Made by a program: the position numbers and the translations under genes | In this document: one piece after another, positions 59,440 to 64,000 of the stretch | How the letters are laid out: every line of letters begins with the position of its first letter | Numbering within the stretch: position 1 is the first letter of the stretch | Notes under the pieces: generated by a model | Seen by the model: only the letters and a program-made list of their open reading frames with translations | Database searches by the model: none | What the model was told of the DNA's origin: nothing | DNA from: an uncultured Acidobacteriaceae bacterium | GTDB taxonomy: Bacteria > Acidobacteriota > Terriglobia > Terriglobales > Acidobacteriaceae | NCBI GenBank assembly: GCA_963752675.1 | Contig: CAVVZO010000015.1 | Coordinates: forward strand, 564,906 to 628,905 | Reading direction: 5' to 3' | DNA length: 64,000 bases

Positions 59440-61629
59440 TTGCAGACCACGCCGCCAACCTTTCAACCCTATGTCGCCGCCACCGAAACGCGCCCGGAAC
59501 TGACGCCGCGCGCGCTCATCCTGGGCTGCGTTTTTGGATTGCTGTTTGGCGCGGTCACGGTGTATGTGGGGTTACGCGCGGGGCTGACGGTGGGCGCGTC
59601 CATCCCTATCTCTGTGCTCTCGATCAGCGTTCTGCGCGCGTTTGGTCGATCCTCCATTCTGGAAAACAACATCGTGCAAACCACCGGGAACTCGGGCCAG
59701 TCGATTGCCTCCGGCGTCATCTTCACCTTGCCCGCTTTGATTTTTCTCGGCTTCAACCTGGAGTACTCACGCATCTTTGTGTTGGCACTGCTGGGCGGGC
59801 TGCTTGGCGTGCTGTTCATGATCCCGTTGCGGAGGCAACTGATCGTCGAGGAGCACGGCCGGCTTACTTATCCTGAAGGGACGGCATGCGCCGATGTGCT
59901 GCTGGCGGGGGAACGCGGCGGCTCGTTTGCCGGGCGTGTGTTCCTCGGCCTCGGCCTGGGCGGGGTGTACACACTGTTTCAGAATGAAAATCTTTTCGGC
60001 GCCTGGCCGGGCACGCCGAACTATCAGCCAGGTTGGCTCCCAGGTTCCGCGATCCGCGCGGATGTTACTCCCGAATACCTGGGCGTTGGGTACATCATCG
60101 GTCCGCGCATCGCCGGGCTGTTGTTTGCCGGCGGTGTTGTCTCCTGGCTGGTGATCATGCCCACGATCTATTTCTTCGGCTCTCATTTTCCCGAAGCCAT
60201 TTACCCCGGCACCAAGCCGATCGCGCAGATGTCTCCCAGCGATCTCTGGGCCTCATACATCCGCCCCATGGGCGCGGGTGCCGTAGCCGCCTCTGGGCTC
60301 ATCACGTTGCTGAAAACCATGCCGACCATCGTGGGCGCGCTGCGAGCCGCGATGGGCAACCTGCGCGCGAGTGGCGGCGCTGCGAAGCGTCCGATCCGTA
60401 CGGAAGATGATTTGCCCTTCGGCGTGGTGATCGGCGGATCGGTGCTGTTGGTACTGATGATGTGGTTCTTTCTTACCTTCAAGCCAGTGCCGGGCGCACA
60501 GGTAAGCTGGTTTGCCAACCTGGCCGCGTCGTTGCTGGTGGCCGTGTTCGGGTTCCTGTTTGTCACGGTGTCCTCGCGGATTGTTGGGTTAATCGGCAGC
60601 TCGTCCAATCCAGTCTCCGGCATGACGATTGCCACGCTCATGGCGACATCGGCGATCTTTCTGGTGCAGGGATGGACAGCGCCCGCGTTTGGCGCGCTGG
60701 CCATCACGATTGGCGGAGTGGTGTGCATTGCGGCTGCGAATGCCGGGGACACGTCGCAGGATCTGAAAACCGGCTACCTGATCGGCGCGACCCCGCGCAA
60801 GCAGCAGATTGCCCTGGTAGTGGGCGCTTGTGTGTCTACGCTGGCGATAGGCGCCACGCTGCAGTTGATGAACCAGGGACTCGCAGAGTTCCGGCCGATG
60901 GCGCGGCCCTGGGATGTGTCCTTGCCGCACAGCGGGGTACAAGTGGAGGAAGCGAAGTTCCACCAGGCGCAGATCCGGGTGACCAGGTCAGATAAGTCTG
61001 TGGATACCCGGAGCGGTGGTGGATATGTTTTGCTGAATGCCCTGAACTCTCGCGAGTTGGCGGATGGCAAGTACCTATACAACCCGCAAACGCGGCAGAT
61101 CGAGGTGCAGTGGATCCAGGGGATTGGCAGCGAGAAAGCCGCGGCCCCGCAAGCGCGCTTGATGGCGACGGTGGTGAATGGGATCCTTGGCCGCAGGTTG
61201 CCGTGGGGCCTGGTGTTGCTGGGCGTGTTCCTGGTGATTGCTGTGGAACTGCTCGGCATTCGGTCGCTCTCGTTTGCCGTCGGCGCTTATTTGTCGATCG
61301 GCACGACTTTGGCCATTTTCGCCGGTGGCGTTGTGCGCTGGCTGATTGATAGTGCAGCGGCCAGGGTGCGCGCCGATGCGGCGGAGACGGAGAGTGAGAT
61401 CAGCCCCGGCTCGCTGTACGCCAGTGGATTAATCGCGGCCGGTGGCATCGTGGGGTTGATGGGGGTTGCGTTGAAGCTATACGAGACCGCGGCCGGCAAG
61501 CAGGATGTGTTGCTGTTCCCGGCGAGTAATTTTCTGCATTACGACTGGGTGTCAGTGTTGATGTTCGTCCTGCTTGCGGGATCGCTTTACTACTTTGCCA
61601 GGAAGCCGCTTGAGAGTGGGAAGTCATGA
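59440..61629 (+). CDS. OPT-family oligopeptide transporter
   Basis: FQPYVAATETRPELTPRALILGCVFGLLFGAVTVYVGLRAGLTV is a typical OPT N-terminus, followed by many TM segments. Start TTG 59440 has GGAGG 8 nt upstream. Confidence 0.85.
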   Translation: MQTTPPTFQPYVAATETRPELTPRALILGCVFGLLFGAVTVYVGLRAGLTVGASIPISVLSISVLRAFGRSSILENNIVQTTGNSGQSIASGVIFTLPALIFLGFNLEYSRIFVLALLGGLLGVLFMIPLRRQLIVEEHGRLTYPEGTACADVLLAGERGGSFAGRVFLGLGLGGVYTLFQNENLFGAWPGTPNYQPGWLPGSAIRADVTPEYLGVGYIIGPRIAGLLFAGGVVSWLVIMPTIYFFGSHFPEAIYPGTKPIAQMSPSDLWASYIRPMGAGAVAASGLITLLKTMPTIVGALRAAMGNLRASGGAAKRPIRTEDDLPFGVVIGGSVLLVLMMWFFLTFKPVPGAQVSWFANLAASLLVAVFGFLFVTVSSRIVGLIGSSSNPVSGMTIATLMATSAIFLVQGWTAPAFGALAITIGGVVCIAAANAGDTSQDLKTGYLIGATPRKQQIALVVGACVSTLAIGATLQLMNQGLAEFRPMARPWDVSLPHSGVQVEEAKFHQAQIRVTRSDKSVDTRSGGGYVLLNALNSRELADGKYLYNPQTRQIEVQWIQGIGSEKAAAPQARLMATVVNGILGRRLPWGLVLLGVFLVIAVELLGIRSLSFAVGAYLSIGTTLAIFAGGVVRWLIDSAAARVRADAAETESEISPGSLYASGLIAAGGIVGLMGVALKLYETAAGKQDVLLFPASNFLHYDWVSVLMFVLLAGSLYYFARKPLESGKS

Positions 61630-61696
61630 TCCCGAATCGCCAGGTTAACCGTTTATCAGCCACAAGCAACTACTAAGGAAATAAACTACCCTTCGC

Positions 61697-62000
61697 TTTG
61701 TCATCCCCAGGAATTTGCTTGCAGTGCAAGTTAAGGACGAAGCAATGAACGGGGTGCGATACGCATCGGTTTGGCTGACGAGGGTTAAGATGTCCCCCAC
61801 TCAAGCCAAACGCGGCTTGAGTGGGCCACCCTACAGTTCTTGAGGTCCGATCAGTTGCCACCCAGGAGGATCTGCTTTCTGCCCGCATCCCGAGAAAGCC
61901 GAGGGTGGCCCATTCAAGCCGCGTTTGGCTTGAGTGGGGGACATTTCAACCCTCGTCCAGAGCGCTTTCCAGTTTGTTCATAGGAGCGCAGCCGAGGGAT
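61697..62000. repeat. Composite nested-palindrome element, copy 2, with the core inverted relative to copy 1
   Basis: IR-L is at 61789-61831 and IR-R at 61903-61944. The flanks are colinear with copy 1. The core at 61832-61902 aligns with copy 1 only as its reverse complement. Confidence 0.8.
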
Positions 62001-62103
62001 TGCGGTGCGCCTTGACCGCTAGCGAATGCCCAAAACATGAAGCCACAAGCGACTGCAAAGGAAAAAGGTGATGACACCAGGTGCCCCCCTTCGCCTACAT
62101 CGC

Positions 62104-62754
62104 TTATTCGCTGCTCAACCGCTTCATGGCGTCGCGGCCGCCGGGGCTGTTGCCGTCGACTCGCACTGCAGCCTCGTAAGCTTGTTTGGCACCGTGATTG
62201 TCGCTGCGATCATTCAGAACCTGGCCGTAGTAGTCCAACGCCGCGGCAGCCAGCGGCGCGGGCAGGGTGCCCTTGGCGGCGGCACTTTCGGCGTGCGGTG
62301 CGATCAGGCTGAAGTCGGTCGCGGCCTGCTGCTTGCGCTTGTAGAAAAAAGGCAGATGCCAGGTGGAGGCTGCACGAATAAAACGTGCCTCTAAATCGTT
62401 CGGTGCACGATCAACCGCTCCATCCATTCTGGTCAAGCCGTCATTAGCCAGCTTGCGCTTATCCCAGACGGCCCACGTGCGGGCAGCTTCGAGCAACTCC
62501 ACGCTTCCGCGATAAGCATCCACCACCGGATCATCAGGGTAATCTTTAGCCAACGACTCAAAGCTGGCGCGCGCTTTGGATGCAGCCGCACGGTCTCCCT
62601 GCAAATCAGCGAAGTACTGCCGACGAGCCTCGGCCAGCCGGTGGACATAGTCTGGGGACTTGCTCTGGATGACTTTCTGCGCCAACGCCGAGCCAGCAAA
62701 GGGCAGGGCAGCTGCAATCAGAACGATTTTTCGAACGACTTCGATGGTGCGCAA
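62104..62754 (-). CDS. Secreted all-helical protein, function unknown
   Basis: 216 aa with signal peptide MRTIEVVRKIVLIAAALPFAGSALA. The composition is helical and Ala/Arg/Asp-rich, possibly TPR-like. Confidence 0.5.
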   Translation of the reverse strand: MRTIEVVRKIVLIAAALPFAGSALAQKVIQSKSPDYVHRLAEARRQYFADLQGDRAAASKARASFESLAKDYPDDPVVDAYRGSVELLEAARTWAVWDKRKLANDGLTRMDGAVDRAPNDLEARFIRAASTWHLPFFYKRKQQAATDFSLIAPHAESAAAKGTLPAPLAAAALDYYGQVLNDRSDNHGAKQAYEAAVRVDGNSPGGRDAMKRLSSE

Positions 62755-62819
62755 ACGGCTCCTTCCCAGAGCGAATTAGATCGATTCACGAACAGAACGG
62801 TTGCTCCCGGGCACACACG

Positions 62820-63977
62820 TCACCCCATGTGGTAAGCGCGCTCTTTCCAGCGGACGGGTTGGCCACTCAGTTTGCGCAGCAAGGCATACCACTGCAATAT
62901 GAGCAGGACACCGACACCCAGTGGATGCAGCAAGGCGCTGAACAGCGGCTGACGATATTTCCACACGGAGTACAGACGGGGAAGAAAGGACGCTGCCAGC
63001 GATACCAGAATGCAGGTGCGCGCCACGGGACTGTAGGCCGATGGCGAAACCACCAGCGACAACGCGAGCAGAGTGGGCAGGATCTGTCCGCAGAACAACA
63101 GCATGGTAAACGGAACGATGCGGGCCGGCGCTGCCATTCCCTCGGTCGCGTTCTTAGCCAGGCCGCGCCAAACCTCAGAAGCATTGTGATACATGCGGCA
63201 GGTCGCCAGGTGCGTCAGGTCAGCCAGGTCAGTATGGAAGCCATGGCGGCGAAACAGCGTTGGCAAAAGCAGGCCGTCGTGCATGGTGGTGCGAATCTGG
63301 GCGTGCCCGCCAGTCTTCTCGTAAGCCTCGCGTTGCGCCATCAGGAACTGACCGCATCCTGCCGCGAGGCCAGGAAGGGGCGAGGTACGCATCACAGACA
63401 GCGGCAGGTACGAAAGCAGCACAAAATGGATCAATGGCAACAGTAACCATTCCAGAAAGGTCTCTGTCTCCTGTCGTGGAAAGCCGCTCACCAGGTGCGA
63501 TCCTGAACGGACCATAAATGCAGACATGGTCGCGACCGCTTCCGGCGCGAGGCGCACATCCGCGTCGATGAAACAGAGGACCGGGAAACGGGCCAGCTGC
63601 GAAAGTGTGTGGCAGGCGTGCTGCTTGCCATTCCACCCACTGGGCAGCGGCGGCGAAAACTCCAAACGGACACGCGGATCGCGAGCGGCGAACTCGCGAA
63701 CGATGGCGGCGGTGCGATCGGTCGAGCCATCATCCAGAACCACCACCTCAATCGCAACCCCGCGCGAGGCGAGCACGCTATTGAGCGCGGCCGCGATGAC
63801 CGCCTCTTCATTGCGTGCTGGTATCAGCACGGAAACCTTGTCAGGCAGCGTGCAATTCCCTACTTCTGTACAGCTGTCGAGGTGCGGCTCACGATACAGG
63901 GCCATGTTCCATAAACAAAGGAAGGCGGGACCCGTGGCGCAAACGAAGGCGAGACCAATGAGCACCACGCTGATCAT
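62820..63977 (-). CDS. Family-2 glycosyltransferase with a C-terminal membrane domain
   Basis: The GT-A core is VSVLIPARNEE...VVVLDDGSTDRT...FIDADV (DxD), followed by several TM segments. The acceptor is unknown. Confidence 0.78.
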   Translation of the reverse strand: MISVVLIGLAFVCATGPAFLCLWNMALYREPHLDSCTEVGNCTLPDKVSVLIPARNEEAVIAAALNSVLASRGVAIEVVVLDDGSTDRTAAIVREFAARDPRVRLEFSPPLPSGWNGKQHACHTLSQLARFPVLCFIDADVRLAPEAVATMSAFMVRSGSHLVSGFPRQETETFLEWLLLPLIHFVLLSYLPLSVMRTSPLPGLAAGCGQFLMAQREAYEKTGGHAQIRTTMHDGLLLPTLFRRHGFHTDLADLTHLATCRMYHNASEVWRGLAKNATEGMAAPARIVPFTMLLFCGQILPTLLALSLVVSPSAYSPVARTCILVSLAASFLPRLYSVWKYRQPLFSALLHPLGVGVLLILQWYALLRKLSGQPVRWKERAYHMG

Positions 63978-64000
63978 CGGATGCTTCCGTGGCTGTCGTG

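Noticed and set aside
35840-62000. The possibility that the recurring hairpin repeats form a CRISPR array.
   Set aside because: The copies are kilobases apart, occur in inverted pairs rather than direct tandem arrays, have no regular spacer length, and no cas genes are present.
1-64000. tRNA, rRNA, tmRNA, RNase P or riboswitch genes.
   Set aside because: I scanned the intergenic regions by eye for T-loop (GGTTCGAATCC-like), RNase P (GAGGAAAGTCCGG) and similar signatures and found no convincing match. A covariance-model scan is still needed to exclude small RNAs.

Overview
A 64-kb chromosomal segment from a high-GC bacterium. The gene content suggests Acidobacteriota, by inference only: CarboxypepD_reg-type TonB-dependent receptors, a giant sedolisin (S53) peptidase with Ig-like repeats, and dense GC-rich palindromic intergenic repeats. 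I saw no rRNA, tRNA, CRISPR array, integrase or transposase. About 50 protein genes are supported. Housekeeping genes include ada (partial), rluB, scpB, scpA, trpS, trpD, sucCD, ndk, gntK, an AddAB-type nuclease/helicase pair and comF. Envelope, transport and stress genes include MATE, PiT, EamA, OPT and MsbA-like ABC transporters, two TonB-dependent receptors, LemA/TPM/DUF4142, a SCO protein and an M50 protease. Four things stand out. (1) A DeoR-regulated, translationally coupled locus combines a TonB-dependent receptor, an RmlD-like SDR, a DegT aminotransferase, an arabinokinase-like GHMP kinase, an EamA transporter and a secreted helical hydrolase-like protein. It looks like an uncharacterised sugar or amino-sugar uptake and conversion pathway. 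This locus is part of a 17-kb block that separates scpA from scpB. (2) A family of nested palindromic, REPIN/MITE-like intergenic elements is present. Two ~310-bp copies have colinear flanks, but their 70-bp cores, bounded by 42-bp inverted repeats, are in opposite orientation. (3) Eleven apparent frameshifts fall in eight otherwise well-conserved genes. Ten of them behave as one surplus base, often in short homopolymers, so consensus indel errors are more likely than real decay. (4) Several proteins are repeat-rich: ScpB with acidic expansions, and a YXWGXW protein with 45-bp and 72-bp tandem repeats. All functional calls come from reading motifs in the translated ORFs. No database search was run.
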